From a virus (lineage: Duplodnaviria > Caudoviricetes), in IMG/VR virus record IMGVR_UViG_3300034161_000008, positions 128,001-192,000 of that record: a stretch of 64,000 bases of DNA; one strand, given 5' to 3'. Positions 44,719 through 55,036 of the stretch are shown one piece after another. Position numbers and translations under genes: made by a program. Below the pieces are notes generated by a model that saw only the letters and a list, made by a program, of their open reading frames with translations, did not search any database and was not told where the DNA came from. Numbering within the stretch: the first letter of the stretch is position 1; each line of letters opens with the position of its first letter.

Positions 44719-44729
44719 GGTAATATGTG
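44705..44729 (-). promoter_or_regulatory. Putative early promoter (CACATATTAC...GAGCATTAG)
   Basis: Matches 7431 and 16865 motifs. Confidence 0.55.
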
Positions 44730-44735
44730 CTCAAA

Positions 44736-46088
44736 TTAATTTAGTTTACGCTCTACGAGCAGCGTAAGCTTGGTGTTTGTGCGGTGCCGGGTACTGAGCA
44801 AGCCAGGCCCAACTGTCTCCACGAAGGAGTTAGCCAGCGAACCCACCCCATCCAACTGCTTGATCTCGTCCCCATCCAGATACAACACGCGAGTAGGGAT
44901 ACCAGGATACAGCAGAGATGGATCAGAGTTCTCCCACACAACTTCAACGTGTGAAACCAAACGACGAGCCACTACAGACGACAGCGCGTAACTGTTTGCT
45001 GTAATCGGAGTGTCTGCCATTTGCACGTTGTTGTTCCCGTTGTCACGAAGCTGTCCAACAAACTCGTTGTTGTTAGCCCCACGAGCTGCGACTGCTTTGT
45101 TCCCAGATACCGTCGCCCAGTCTCCCATGAACTTGGAAGCATCGGCAGCACGGATACCATTACCCTCGTTCAGCTGCATCGCCTCAGAGTCGTCACGGAA
45201 CTTAACGTCTCCTGTAGCCAGGATCACAAGGTTGCGACCATTCTGACGGTAGGTACGTTCACCACCCGGCAGCTTGTTCTTCGGGATGTTGATAATGGTC
45301 AGCGTACGGTCAGCCTTATCAAAACGGGTGACATCGAACGCAGGCCAAAGATACCAACCTTCCTTCCTCAAGTAATAACCCAACCCAGTAGAATAAATAC
45401 CGCCGAGTTCGTTCTGAACATAGTGAGGCACATCCACAAGCTTCATGGGTGGGATCACGTAGTGTTCACGCTCAGAGGTATTCGACGCTTCTACCATCTG
45501 GACAGCACTAGGCATGGCCAGATCATCCACCACGATCTCCTGAGTTTTAACTTTCAGGAACGGGCGAATGAAATCAGTCACCGTAGACTTACGGAAGTTA
45601 CCACCCACCGTACGCATGCGAATCTGTTCGATGGCTTTGGACACGATCTGGAAGTCCAGTGTTTCAATGTTCACCAGATCCATCGTCTCCTCATCCGCAA
45701 CGTTACGCATACCGCCGTCAACGATCGGAGAGCCACGGTCAAACAGAGTCGCAGTGTAGCGTTCAGACTGACGGACTTCGTTCTCCAGCGTCCCTGAGGA
45801 AACTTCACCGATAGGGTTCTTGTACAGAGTGATCTCAAGCTGTGACTTCTTTGGATAAACACGCTTGGCGTACTTACCCATCGACATTGTCACACGCAGA
45901 ACGATCATGTCCGCATAGTTACCCAACCAGTCCTCAAGGATGTCCACAGACAACACTTTCAACGTGGGGAGAGTTTCATCCGGTGTGTGAATCTCAGCAC
46001 TCCAATAGAAGTGCACCGGATTAGGCGTGGCAATAATCGCCTCGACTTCTCGCCACAGAGAACTCTTTTCGATTTCCATTACTACCAC
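44736..46088 (-). CDS. Virion structural protein, probable tail/baseplate (phiKZ gp101-like by synteny)
   Basis: 450 aa; last gene of the conserved structural block. Confidence 0.65.
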   Translation of the reverse strand: MVVMEIEKSSLWREVEAIIATPNPVHFYWSAEIHTPDETLPTLKVLSVDILEDWLGNYADMIVLRVTMSMGKYAKRVYPKKSQLEITLYKNPIGEVSSGTLENEVRQSERYTATLFDRGSPIVDGGMRNVADEETMDLVNIETLDFQIVSKAIEQIRMRTVGGNFRKSTVTDFIRPFLKVKTQEIVVDDLAMPSAVQMVEASNTSEREHYVIPPMKLVDVPHYVQNELGGIYSTGLGYYLRKEGWYLWPAFDVTRFDKADRTLTIINIPKNKLPGGERTYRQNGRNLVILATGDVKFRDDSEAMQLNEGNGIRAADASKFMGDWATVSGNKAVAARGANNNEFVGQLRDNGNNNVQMADTPITANSYALSSVVARRLVSHVEVVWENSDPSLLYPGIPTRVLYLDGDEIKQLDGVGSLANSFVETVGPGLLSTRHRTNTKLTLLVERKLN

Positions 46089-46669
46089 CGTTTACGGTTG
46101 GAGAACATCTTCTCTGCAACAGTCGCACGAGGCTGCACAGGACCTTGCGAATCATCCTGGTACACAACGCCAGTTGGAGGAGGATCGCCACGCAGAGTGA
46201 GCGTACGGCTGCCGAGTGTAGTGATACGCTTGCTGAGCCACGACTCAACGTTCGCTGTACTGAGCTGATCGACTGCGTGTGGATAAATGACTTGTACAAA
46301 GGCATTCATCGCAATCAAATCGTCGTAGGGGGCGATAGGGTTGTGGACCAGTGTGGTTTCCAGAAAGCGTTTCCACTGACTGAGATACTCACACACCATC
46401 TCGTAGATGGTTTTAGCGTCACGAATCTTCAACAGACGTACAGACACACCCTCGTGGTGATAGATCACCATCTGAGCAATCGAGAGGTACGTATCCAACA
46501 GTTCGTTGGCAGTTTGACGATCCTTAAACGAATCGCCACACGTAGGGCTCCCAAAGAGCTTGATGTGATCTTTGGAACGAGTCTGGATGTTTGGAACTTG
46601 TGCAAGGAACTTCTGATTCCAGATCTTCCATTTCAAGTCTTGCTTTTCTTCAGGAACCCACGTGGCCAT
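46082..46669 (-). CDS. Conserved virion-block protein (phiKZ gp100-like by synteny)
   Basis: GGAGG RBS before ATG 46669 (MATWVPEE). Confidence 0.7.
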   Translation of the reverse strand: MATWVPEEKQDLKWKIWNQKFLAQVPNIQTRSKDHIKLFGSPTCGDSFKDRQTANELLDTYLSIAQMVIYHHEGVSVRLLKIRDAKTIYEMVCEYLSQWKRFLETTLVHNPIAPYDDLIAMNAFVQVIYPHAVDQLSTANVESWLSKRITTLGSRTLTLRGDPPPTGVVYQDDSQGPVQPRATVAEKMFSNRKRW

Positions 46670-46671
46670 TG

Positions 46672-48033
46672 TTAAATCCTCCGAATGCTGGCACGCATCA
46701 GTATCAGCAGAATAGGAACGTAGTAGAACAGCTCCAGTCCTCCCCACGACTTGTACGCCTCACAGAACTCCATGAGCAGTCGATTACTCAACGGTTTGTT
46801 CTTCAGGTAGTCACTCACCGCAAGTTCCAGTTGGGACTGGCCCTCGCTCTCTTGATAGAAGGCTTCACTGAAAACGTAATAGCTATCCACTAAGACTGGA
46901 TGGATGAGGGATGTGGATGTGTGGGGTGTTGGGAGACCTGGAAGGTTGGTGTTTGGGATGGTATCTCGCAATCTGCGGGTTCGACCGGGGGCCGACAGTA
47001 TTTCTACTGGGGCCAAAGCTTTCGTCGGTGGACGCAGCTCATAATCTACAGTGAGTACAGGATTTTTTGGATAGACAACGTAATCCACACCCGAGTGGTA
47101 CACACCTTCGAGCATTGGGTCACGGATAAACTGTTTAGCCAACACCAAACCCATCTCATCAGACACCAGAGGCATCTGATCGTAGTCGCAGTTGAAGATC
47201 ATCGAGAACAGGTTACGACACTTCATGTTGTCATCACCGTCCACGTTGAGCATTCGCATCTGACGCAGCTCAGGAGCATCCCACGTTGTGAACGAACGCA
47301 CCAACATCTCTTGCAGGAACGGATCATAGATGCGCTTTCCTTGGCCTGGCATCATGATGATCTTGAACTCGTTGCTGAAGAAGCTTTTGAAGTAATCTTT
47401 GGTGATCACCTCAACACGCTCGCTCAGTTTCGCGAACAGGTCGTACTCTTCCTCATGCAGTAGAGGATTCTGACCGTGTTGCAGGAAGTTGCCGATGAAG
47501 ACAACAGTCTCTACAACTTTGGACAGCAGATCCTGCCAGCGTTCCTTGGTGTCGTAGTCGTTGAGTTGATACTCGATCTCGAAGCACGCTTCTTTGTAGA
47601 TCGACTTCATCTCCGAACGAGTTACTTGGAAGATACCCAAGCGACCATCACCAATGTTCGCACGGAACATGTCACCAACGTTTGGTTTCAGGAACGGATA
47701 AACGTTCGCAGTACCAACGACGGTGAAACCTTTGTTCTCATCATCCTGAGTCTGAACCAAAGGCGAAATCACTTTCAACTCCATGCCCTTGATCATCACG
47801 TACTGCTGATAGATGCCGGAGGAGTTTACACGTTGACCGGCTACGGCGTTGTCTACGTCCAGTTTCTGACTGAAGTAGTCTACCGCCCACGCAGCGCCTT
47901 CGATGTGCGTCAGCAACGCGCTGGAGGGCACGTAGCGTGTGTCAACCGTCACACCGCGATACTGAGGTGCTGTGATCTTCACCGCAATCGGTGCTGGCGT
48001 CACCGGAGCATCCGGGGAGTCTGTAACAATCAT
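46672..48033 (-). CDS. Virion structural protein (phiKZ gp99-like by synteny)
   Basis: LLTHIEGAAWAVDYFSQ...PNVGDMFRANIGDGR motifs. Confidence 0.7.
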   Translation of the reverse strand: MIVTDSPDAPVTPAPIAVKITAPQYRGVTVDTRYVPSSALLTHIEGAAWAVDYFSQKLDVDNAVAGQRVNSSGIYQQYVMIKGMELKVISPLVQTQDDENKGFTVVGTANVYPFLKPNVGDMFRANIGDGRLGIFQVTRSEMKSIYKEACFEIEYQLNDYDTKERWQDLLSKVVETVVFIGNFLQHGQNPLLHEEEYDLFAKLSERVEVITKDYFKSFFSNEFKIIMMPGQGKRIYDPFLQEMLVRSFTTWDAPELRQMRMLNVDGDDNMKCRNLFSMIFNCDYDQMPLVSDEMGLVLAKQFIRDPMLEGVYHSGVDYVVYPKNPVLTVDYELRPPTKALAPVEILSAPGRTRRLRDTIPNTNLPGLPTPHTSTSLIHPVLVDSYYVFSEAFYQESEGQSQLELAVSDYLKNKPLSNRLLMEFCEAYKSWGGLELFYYVPILLILMRASIRRI

Positions 48034-49583
48034 TTCTGCACCGCCTTGTGTGCTTCGATAAAGAAGGTCTGTTGGAAGTTGAACTGAACTGTCTGCGATT
48101 GAGTCAGTGGATCACTTGGGTTGCCCTTGGTGACTTCATCAACCGCTTCATCCAACTCGTCCTTGGGAATGTAGTCCGTACCCGGCAGAGGCACTGGCAG
48201 CAAGCCTTTGTCCGCCAACGTACAGTCAGTAGACTTCAGAATCTCGATGCAAGCCTTTGCATGCTCACGCAAGCGTGTCCTAGCAGCCTCTGTGAGCGTC
48301 TTCCAGTCGATTGTGAAGCCAAGCCTCACGTGATATCCCTGACGGAGGTCTAACGGCTCTACGGAGCGCACAGTGAGGTCTGCGTCCATTACCACAGCGC
48401 CTTGAGGCATGGGAATCATCCCACGGTACAAAGTCAGCACGAAAACGGACTGACCGACCTTGTGCATGAAGGGAGCTTCACCTGGAAGGAACTTCAGAAT
48501 CTCAGGGTGGAGCATCTTCTGGCCGAGCTGTGTCATCTTGAACAGAGTTTGCAGGTCTGAGTCAGGCTGTAAGGCCACCATAGCCGTGAACGCACGATAC
48601 GTACCCCATGGGATAGTAGCAGGCAAGAACTCGTCCCACGATGGAATAGCGATGCCTGAGTGACGGCAAGCATTCTTGGTCAACTGATCACGCTCAAACA
48701 CCGCAAAGTGTTTGCGCGAGTTACCGTACGAACGTTGGATGTTCTCTGGACGGTAAATTGGTTCCGTCGGGCGCCAGCGACTGGACAGCACTTGGTTGTG
48801 GATCAACAACGGATACGTCATCACACACTCAAGCGGCTTGTCGTACGAGAACTTGTACGAGAACGCAATCTCCCACGTCTCAGCCTCACCGACTTTGTCA
48901 CCCTTCTCAGGACCACCCTCGAAGTCGAACCACCCAACGATCTCCTGTTGAGTCTCACCGACTACCCACGTTTCGTAACGACCAGCCATGTTAGTGGCGA
49001 TGGACGCTTTCTCAGTCAGGTGTTTGGTGAAGTACGTGTTCCAGTCCTCACCGTAGCCTGCAACGTTCTCACGCAGGCGATGGATCTCCTTCAGGATGGC
49101 AAGGAAGGCCTCTGGGATGATGTAGTGGTAGGTTGCCGACAGCAACTTAACCTCACGGTTCATCGACACGCGCGTGCGAATCTCGTCACGCCACCGGCCC
49201 GCTGAGACTTTGTCTTCAAAGCGTGCGCGGAAGTTAATGCTGACCTTCGTAGACGAGTAGACAGGCTTGATGCCTACCTCCAATGCATCGTCACGAAAGA
49301 TATTCAAGTTCTCTGCTGTGAACACAGCAGTGGCCAACACGGCCTCAGGATCAAAGTCTTCTTCGACATCGATGAAGATCTTATCGCCTTGGTTGAAGTT
49401 CACACCGGTCTGTTGACCGATGGTGGAGTTGGGTTGATAACTAACAGCAGACTGGTCCGGATAGAAGATCGGAGTTTCTTCCGGCAAGCCTGTGTATTTG
49501 AACAACTGTCGTGTGATATCAAAGATAACGGGGCGGGTAACGCTCTCGTTTGTCTCTGGAATCGTGCGTAGGACTTTAGGCAT
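48030..49583 (-). CDS. Virion structural protein (phiKZ gp98-like by synteny)
   Basis: 517 aa; position after internal-head genes. Confidence 0.7.
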   Translation of the reverse strand: MPKVLRTIPETNESVTRPVIFDITRQLFKYTGLPEETPIFYPDQSAVSYQPNSTIGQQTGVNFNQGDKIFIDVEEDFDPEAVLATAVFTAENLNIFRDDALEVGIKPVYSSTKVSINFRARFEDKVSAGRWRDEIRTRVSMNREVKLLSATYHYIIPEAFLAILKEIHRLRENVAGYGEDWNTYFTKHLTEKASIATNMAGRYETWVVGETQQEIVGWFDFEGGPEKGDKVGEAETWEIAFSYKFSYDKPLECVMTYPLLIHNQVLSSRWRPTEPIYRPENIQRSYGNSRKHFAVFERDQLTKNACRHSGIAIPSWDEFLPATIPWGTYRAFTAMVALQPDSDLQTLFKMTQLGQKMLHPEILKFLPGEAPFMHKVGQSVFVLTLYRGMIPMPQGAVVMDADLTVRSVEPLDLRQGYHVRLGFTIDWKTLTEAARTRLREHAKACIEILKSTDCTLADKGLLPVPLPGTDYIPKDELDEAVDEVTKGNPSDPLTQSQTVQFNFQQTFFIEAHKAVQK

Positions 49584-49630
49584 AGCAGGAAGTTCCAGTA
49601 AGGTTAGTCATAAAATTCAACTGACGGCAT

Positions 49631-49658
49631 AAAAAGCCCGACCGAAGCCGGGCTTTTT
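49631..49658. terminator. Terminator with A and T tracts
   Basis: AAAAAGCCCG-ACCGAAGC-CGGGCTTTTT. Confidence 0.8.
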
Positions 49659-49677
49659 ACTCACGCCGCAGAGAACG

Positions 49678-51000
49678 TTAGGCCTTGTAAGCGCCCAGCG
49701 ATTTCTGGATGACGTTCATGGTCGAACGAATGGTCGTCAGAGCATTCGAAGCCAATGGCATTGCTGGCGACTGAGCCCAACGCGCGTAGCTGGCGTTGAA
49801 GTTCAGGACGGCGCGGTAGTACGGAACGCAATGTTTCGCGTCTTCGTCGTTGGCAGCCTTTTCGACAGCGCTGGTGGCTTTCTTCGAAGCGTTCTCGACT
49901 TTGGTCTTGGCCGCTTTCACGTCCGTCGACTTCTTGCCGCGCTGGAAGTCTTCCATGTGGTCCAGGATCTTCTCGCAGATCTTGATCGCTTCTTCCATGG
50001 AGCTGTTGCTCATGGTCTGGAAGTCGCTCGACGCAGGGGCGTCTTTATGCTTCTCACCAGTAGCGGCCAGTTCAACGCCGGAACGACGCTGACGATCCAG
50101 AGTAGCCAGGGTGCCGGTTTCAGTCGAGCTGTTGAATTCTTTCTTCAACAGGCTGACGTTACCGAGCAGAGCCGAGCCCTGAGTAACTTTGAAGCCAGGG
50201 AAGCGCGAACCGCCCGAAGCTTTGGAACCAGGCAGAGCACCAGGGCTGTGCTTGGAAACGGCGCTTTGAACTTTCTTGGCGCTTTCTTCGGCCTTTTCAG
50301 GATCGAAGTCGCTGATGGCGTCAGCAATGGAGTTACCCATCTTGGCCAGTTCAGCTTGGTTGTCGCCGTAGACCCAGGCGGTAGCCTTTTCCAGATCGCC
50401 CAGAGCAGATTTCAGCTCAGCTTCGTTCTTGACGACTTTGTAGTCGACGGACAGAGCGCCGAGGCCGCTGTTCAGGGTGACTTTCTTGTCTTCGATGGCC
50501 GAACCGGATTTCGCTTCAACGCGACCTTTCAGCTCTTTCAGGCGCTTACGCAGGGCCGGAATGGTGCCGAAGATTTTGTAGAAGAAGCCTTCGATTTTCT
50601 TCCAGATGTTCTTCAGGAAGTCCTGGATGGCGCGCCAGATCTGCTGAGCAGTCTCGCGGATGCCTTCAGTGGCGATACGCTTGCCACGATACGATTCCAT
50701 TGCTGGAACCAGATCAGCAGGCTCAACGTCGGAACCGGCAACAGCCATGTCACCAGCGTTTTCGATCAGAGCGATTTCAGCCGGGGTGGCTTCTTCGATG
50801 CCGTCAGCGATGACAGCGAGGTCTTCGAGAGCGTCGGAGACTTCGATGATGCGCTCAGCTTCGCCCAGGTCGGTGTCGACGCTGGCAGAATCCTGCGCAG
50901 CTTCGTCGAGCAGGATCTGCTCTTCTTCCATGGAGATGTTTTCGCCGAAGGCTTGTGCTTCGAGGGCCATAGATTGGCCGTGTTCCAGAAATTTACGCAT
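49678..51000 (-). CDS. phiKZ-like internal head protein (gp93/gp95/gp97 family)
   Basis: Acidic propeptide with ALE/SME/AME/ATE sites followed by an amphipathic helix (IWRAIQDFLKNIWKKI); extreme codon bias. Confidence 0.85.
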   Translation of the reverse strand: MRKFLEHGQSMALEAQAFGENISMEEEQILLDEAAQDSASVDTDLGEAERIIEVSDALEDLAVIADGIEEATPAEIALIENAGDMAVAGSDVEPADLVPAMESYRGKRIATEGIRETAQQIWRAIQDFLKNIWKKIEGFFYKIFGTIPALRKRLKELKGRVEAKSGSAIEDKKVTLNSGLGALSVDYKVVKNEAELKSALGDLEKATAWVYGDNQAELAKMGNSIADAISDFDPEKAEESAKKVQSAVSKHSPGALPGSKASGGSRFPGFKVTQGSALLGNVSLLKKEFNSSTETGTLATLDRQRRSGVELAATGEKHKDAPASSDFQTMSNSSMEEAIKICEKILDHMEDFQRGKKSTDVKAAKTKVENASKKATSAVEKAANDEDAKHCVPYYRAVLNFNASYARWAQSPAMPLASNALTTIRSTMNVIQKSLGAYKA

Positions 51001-51091
51001 GTCGGTGTTACCCTTACAAATAGGGGAAGAGAGTGGTGAAATCAGAACGCCTCATATAAATGGGGCGCTCTGATTGCGTAAGGGCGTGACC

Positions 51092-52411
51092 TTACTTGCT
51101 GCCGTACTGCTTCAGCGACAGCTCAACGTAGTCGAGCAGTGCTTTACCGGTGTTCAGAGCGTAAGCGCTGAAGCCGGTGGCCGGTTGGTCGATCAACTTC
51201 GGAACGGACATGCCCAGTTTGGCCAGAGCCTTACCGTTGGTGCGCGCGCCTTTGTCTTCGTCCGACGCGTTGTCGGCGTCTTTACCAGCTTTCTCGGCAG
51301 CCTTGACAATCTTGTCTTTGGTGGCCGACAGCTTTTCCAGGTTGCGCTTGTAGCTCTGCACTTCCTGGGCCAGGGACTCAACAGCACCGGCAACTTTCTC
51401 GGCTTCCGAAGGAGCCAGAGTGGTCAGGGTGTTCTTGGTCGGTTCCTTGGCTTTCGGGTTGAACTTGCCGATGTTGTAGCCCGAACGGGAAACAGCATCA
51501 ACAGCAGCAGCGCCTTTCAGGCCGCCGTCAGCAGGGAAGCGAGCGATGATCGCTTGGCCGCCTGGCAGTTCGTGGGAGATCATGAAGACCATGCCGTTGC
51601 CAGCGTCACCGTGATCAGCGCCACCTTTGGTCAGAGCCAGGGTGCCGTCGGTACGAGCAGGCAGGCTGAAGCTGTCCAGCTTGGACGGATCGCCCAGCAG
51701 TTCAACGATAGCGTCGCCGACTTCGCCGTTCCAGGTGGTAACGCCACCGAAGATACCGTTGGCCAGCTTGTTCAGCTCTTGGGCTTGGGTGCCGATGGAA
51801 GCAGGAACAGCGCCGCTGATTTCCAGGGCTTTAACCAGACGATCGGATTCGAAGGTCTTTTCTTTCGGAGTGCCGGTAGTGGCACCAGCGCGCTCGACCA
51901 GGGCTTTCGCACGGGCTTCGAGTTTGTTGGCAGCGCCGAACACTTTGACGAAGCGCTCTTTGACCCAGGCGATGGCGTCTTTGATTGCTTTGACGATGCG
52001 TTCCCAGATCTTCTTGATCGAGTCCTTGATGTCTTCCAGAGCCACGGTGGTGGACTTCTGGCGAGTGCTGGTGCCGCCGAAGGATTCCAGGGCAGGAACC
52101 GATTGACGCTTCAGGCCAACACGGCCATACAGGGACTTGACGTGCAGGTCGAGGATGTGGGCACCGTGGGTGTCCAGACCGCCAGCCTGTACAGCGCTTT
52201 CCAGAGCCAGTACGGCCTGTTCCAGAGCTTCGACGGTTTCAACAGCGTCGTCGGTTGCGGCTTCTTCGACATCAGCTTCTTCGGCTTCGTCGTTTACTTC
52301 CAGCAAGTCGGTCTCGAGGGACTCGGGCGCGTCACCGAGTTCCAGATCGCCGTCTTGTGGTTCCAGGTTTTCGTTTTCAAGGGCCATGAGGCCGGTACGG
52401 TTGCGACGCAT
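51092..52411 (-). CDS. phiKZ-like internal head protein paralog
   Basis: Multiple ALE/SLE sites; VALE-DIKDSIKKIWERI; aligns with 49678-51000. Confidence 0.85.
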   Translation of the reverse strand: MRRNRTGLMALENENLEPQDGDLELGDAPESLETDLLEVNDEAEEADVEEAATDDAVETVEALEQAVLALESAVQAGGLDTHGAHILDLHVKSLYGRVGLKRQSVPALESFGGTSTRQKSTTVALEDIKDSIKKIWERIVKAIKDAIAWVKERFVKVFGAANKLEARAKALVERAGATTGTPKEKTFESDRLVKALEISGAVPASIGTQAQELNKLANGIFGGVTTWNGEVGDAIVELLGDPSKLDSFSLPARTDGTLALTKGGADHGDAGNGMVFMISHELPGGQAIIARFPADGGLKGAAAVDAVSRSGYNIGKFNPKAKEPTKNTLTTLAPSEAEKVAGAVESLAQEVQSYKRNLEKLSATKDKIVKAAEKAGKDADNASDEDKGARTNGKALAKLGMSVPKLIDQPATGFSAYALNTGKALLDYVELSLKQYGSK

Positions 52412-52995
52412 TATGATGTTGCTCCCATTGCAATGGTTTTAGGTGCGATGTTGCCGAAAAGTACATGCATTGTACATAACATGTCTTCGATGCCGCTGCT
52501 ATGGCTGCACCAGGACTGTATTACGTCAACCATGTTCCGATTTTGTGGCTGTCGATAATGAAAGCCAGGCTCTTGAATACCGAAGAACTCACGGGCTCGC
52601 GGAGTGTGTTCATGCATCCGCTCACCTTGGTCAGCCAACTCAATGAGTGGCAGCCAGTTCTCGATAGCAAGATCTCGCTTCCCCTCCATAATAAACTGGA
52701 GGGTATCGTCGATGAAGCCGTTGTGGTTGTCGCCAGCCACAGGGGACTGACGTTGGCTCGAGATCCAAACTTCAAAATCTCGAGTGCCGAAAGCTTTGAG
52801 GGCTACGGTCAAGACCTTGCGACGAAACTCAACTGTGGTCGTGTTGCACGCACGGTTGATGTACTGCACGTAGAGCGCTTCCACGGATGGATTAGCCACG
52901 CTACGGAACTGGCCTTGACCCATACGGGACGCAGCAGCACCAGTGATCACCTCGCCCAAGAACCCACGAGGGTACAGTTGGAGGAGGTTACTCAT
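52411..52995 (-). CDS. Conserved phiKZ-like protein (gp91-like by synteny)
   Basis: Coupled ORF in the head gene block. Confidence 0.7.
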   Translation of the reverse strand: MSNLLQLYPRGFLGEVITGAAASRMGQGQFRSVANPSVEALYVQYINRACNTTTVEFRRKVLTVALKAFGTRDFEVWISSQRQSPVAGDNHNGFIDDTLQFIMEGKRDLAIENWLPLIELADQGERMHEHTPRAREFFGIQEPGFHYRQPQNRNMVDVIQSWCSHSSGIEDMLCTMHVLFGNIAPKTIAMGATS

Positions 52996-53885
52996 TGCGT
53001 TTTCTCCATCTTCTGGAGTTTGTAGTTGATCTTGGACAGGCGGGACTCGCTGTACTCGATCTCCTTTTGCGTTGCAGCATCGGGCTTGCCGTTCTGCACG
53101 CGCTTGAGGTTGAGCACACGAAGCTCAATCAGCTTCTTCTCTTCCTTCGACGCGACATAACGTTCTGCCTGCCACTCGGAGATGATCATCCGAACGTGGT
53201 AGATCGGGTTCAGCCAGATGGGAATCAACCCAACGGCAAACGGATCGATCTTGGACTCACCCATGGTAGCTTTCAGGGTGCCGATGTTTTCCTTGGTGAT
53301 CGCGATGTCCGGGATCAACGAGACAGCAGCCTTCAGTTTCTCTTTAGGCTGGCCTACCACGTTGACGGCCGTGCAGAAGTGAACAAAGTTAACTTTGATC
53401 CACTCGATCTCAGCAGGTTCCAGCGATTCACTGATCGTGGTGCCCGAGTCAGGGTACATCGAAGTCTCGAGGATCAAAATATAGATCAGGAGTTTTCGGC
53501 TGTAACGCGATTCGAAGCTGGTCCACTCAGTGAACTGGAGCAGGTTGGCTTTCAGGTACGACAGCCCAGCACCCGCCACGTCGTCGTTGTAGACCTGATC
53601 GATCAACCCAACGATCTCGTCGAGGTTCTCAACAGTATCTTGCAACGCCGACTGGATGCCTTCGAGCAAACCACCTTTGTGACCTTTGACCATACGGCCG
53701 AAGATCTCTTGGTAGTTCTGCAACTCTTCGTTCTTGAACTTGTAGCCCTTGAACGCATTGAGCGCAGTTTTGTACAGAGGCAACGAAACGTCAACAATCT
53801 CTGCACGCGTCAAACGGCAATCTTCCAACACCCGCTCCTTGGAGAAGGTCGGCAGAAGACTGGCCAAGTAATGGTCATTTTTCAT
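52992..53885 (-). CDS. Head/inner-body protein (phiKZ gp90-like)
   Basis: LASLLPTFSKERV start; WLNPIYHVRM...RYVASKEEK...LELR-like end. Confidence 0.72.
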   Translation of the reverse strand: MKNDHYLASLLPTFSKERVLEDCRLTRAEIVDVSLPLYKTALNAFKGYKFKNEELQNYQEIFGRMVKGHKGGLLEGIQSALQDTVENLDEIVGLIDQVYNDDVAGAGLSYLKANLLQFTEWTSFESRYSRKLLIYILILETSMYPDSGTTISESLEPAEIEWIKVNFVHFCTAVNVVGQPKEKLKAAVSLIPDIAITKENIGTLKATMGESKIDPFAVGLIPIWLNPIYHVRMIISEWQAERYVASKEEKKLIELRVLNLKRVQNGKPDAATQKEIEYSESRLSKINYKLQKMEKTQ

Positions 53886-53902
53886 GTTGTAAGCCTTTTG
53901 AC

Positions 53903-55006
53903 TCAGAGTGACGGAGCGTTACCAAGACGGTAGGCCTTGAGGATTTCACCAACGTCAGGACCGGAGCCCTTGTTGGCGGACTTCAGATCACGCACGCTCA
54001 GCTGCGAAGGCTGAGGAATGCCGCGATGGTAGAACGTAACCATGCCCCACTCTTTGTCGACGACCGCCATGATCATCAGGTAGGTGGCTTCGAAGATCTT
54101 CTGGCGAGTTTTGAAGTTCGACAGCTTGCCGTTCACTTTCAGTTCCAGCGCTTCAGCCGAACCAGAGGAGATCACAGCGATGTTCGATGCAGTGGCTACC
54201 GACGGGTTGCCCGACACCAGAGTCGACAGGCGGTTGCCCTTACGACGCTTGAGCATGTTGGCGTAAACCTGGTCAGCAGACATCAGGTTGCTGGTGTGAG
54301 CATCGATCAGATCTTGGCACAACACCAAGTCACGGATGAACTCCAGACGACCAGCACGCCATGCGTGATAGCGCTCTTTCATCGAAGTATCTTGGTTGCC
54401 CACAGATAAAATATGAACGAGGCTCTCACTCGCCAGTGCTGTGGCGATCAGACGAATCGATACCGGAATGCTGGCGCTGTTCTTGCCGTCAGTGATTTCG
54501 ACAGACAGCATTTTGCCGACGCTGAGGTTGCTCAGCTCTTTGGTAGTGGAGATCGCATCACGACCCAGACCAACGCTGTGATCAGCTTTGTCTTTGTCAG
54601 TGTCGACGCCCAACACCATTGCTTCCAGAGCCGGAGTGATCTGGCTATAAGAAGGCAGCTTGTGTTTGTACGCTTCGGTTGCCATTACCCAGCCGAGGCT
54701 GTTGGTGGCAGAGTCGATCACGCTACGCGACGGGTTGAGCTTGTCGAGATGACGCATGGTCTCGATGTTGCCAACGTTAGCCGAGATAGCAATGGCTTGC
54801 AGGTAGTAGCCCGAGAAGATCGCGAGCAATGACTGCGAGACTTCAGACAGCTCTTCGTAGAACATCAAATCGTTGTCGACCAGCATGATGGGCTCGACGC
54901 GAGCTGCTCGAGTGTAATCGATCAACGAGTCGGAACGTGCGCCGTTCCACAGGTCCGTAATTTTACGGAATACAGATAGGCCCGCGTCAGCGGCATCTTT
55001 AAACAT
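53903..55006 (-). CDS. Head/inner-body protein (phiKZ gp89-like)
   Basis: SLIDYTRAARVEPIMLVD, NLSVGKML, ERYHAWRAGRLEFIRDL; internal ATE/ALE sites. Confidence 0.75.
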   Translation of the reverse strand: MFKDAADAGLSVFRKITDLWNGARSDSLIDYTRAARVEPIMLVDNDLMFYEELSEVSQSLLAIFSGYYLQAIAISANVGNIETMRHLDKLNPSRSVIDSATNSLGWVMATEAYKHKLPSYSQITPALEAMVLGVDTDKDKADHSVGLGRDAISTTKELSNLSVGKMLSVEITDGKNSASIPVSIRLIATALASESLVHILSVGNQDTSMKERYHAWRAGRLEFIRDLVLCQDLIDAHTSNLMSADQVYANMLKRRKGNRLSTLVSGNPSVATASNIAVISSGSAEALELKVNGKLSNFKTRQKIFEATYLMIMAVVDKEWGMVTFYHRGIPQPSQLSVRDLKSANKGSGPDVGEILKAYRLGNAPSL

Positions 55007-55036
55007 GGTGAGATCCTTTACAGGTAGAGGTTATAA

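Noticed and set aside
49831-52558. Long plus-strand ORFs (402 aa and 494 aa), and similar ones at 59411-60541, 7413-8159, 41229-42098 and 62216-63088
   Set aside because: Antisense shadows of strongly codon-biased genes; no RBS or recognisable motifs
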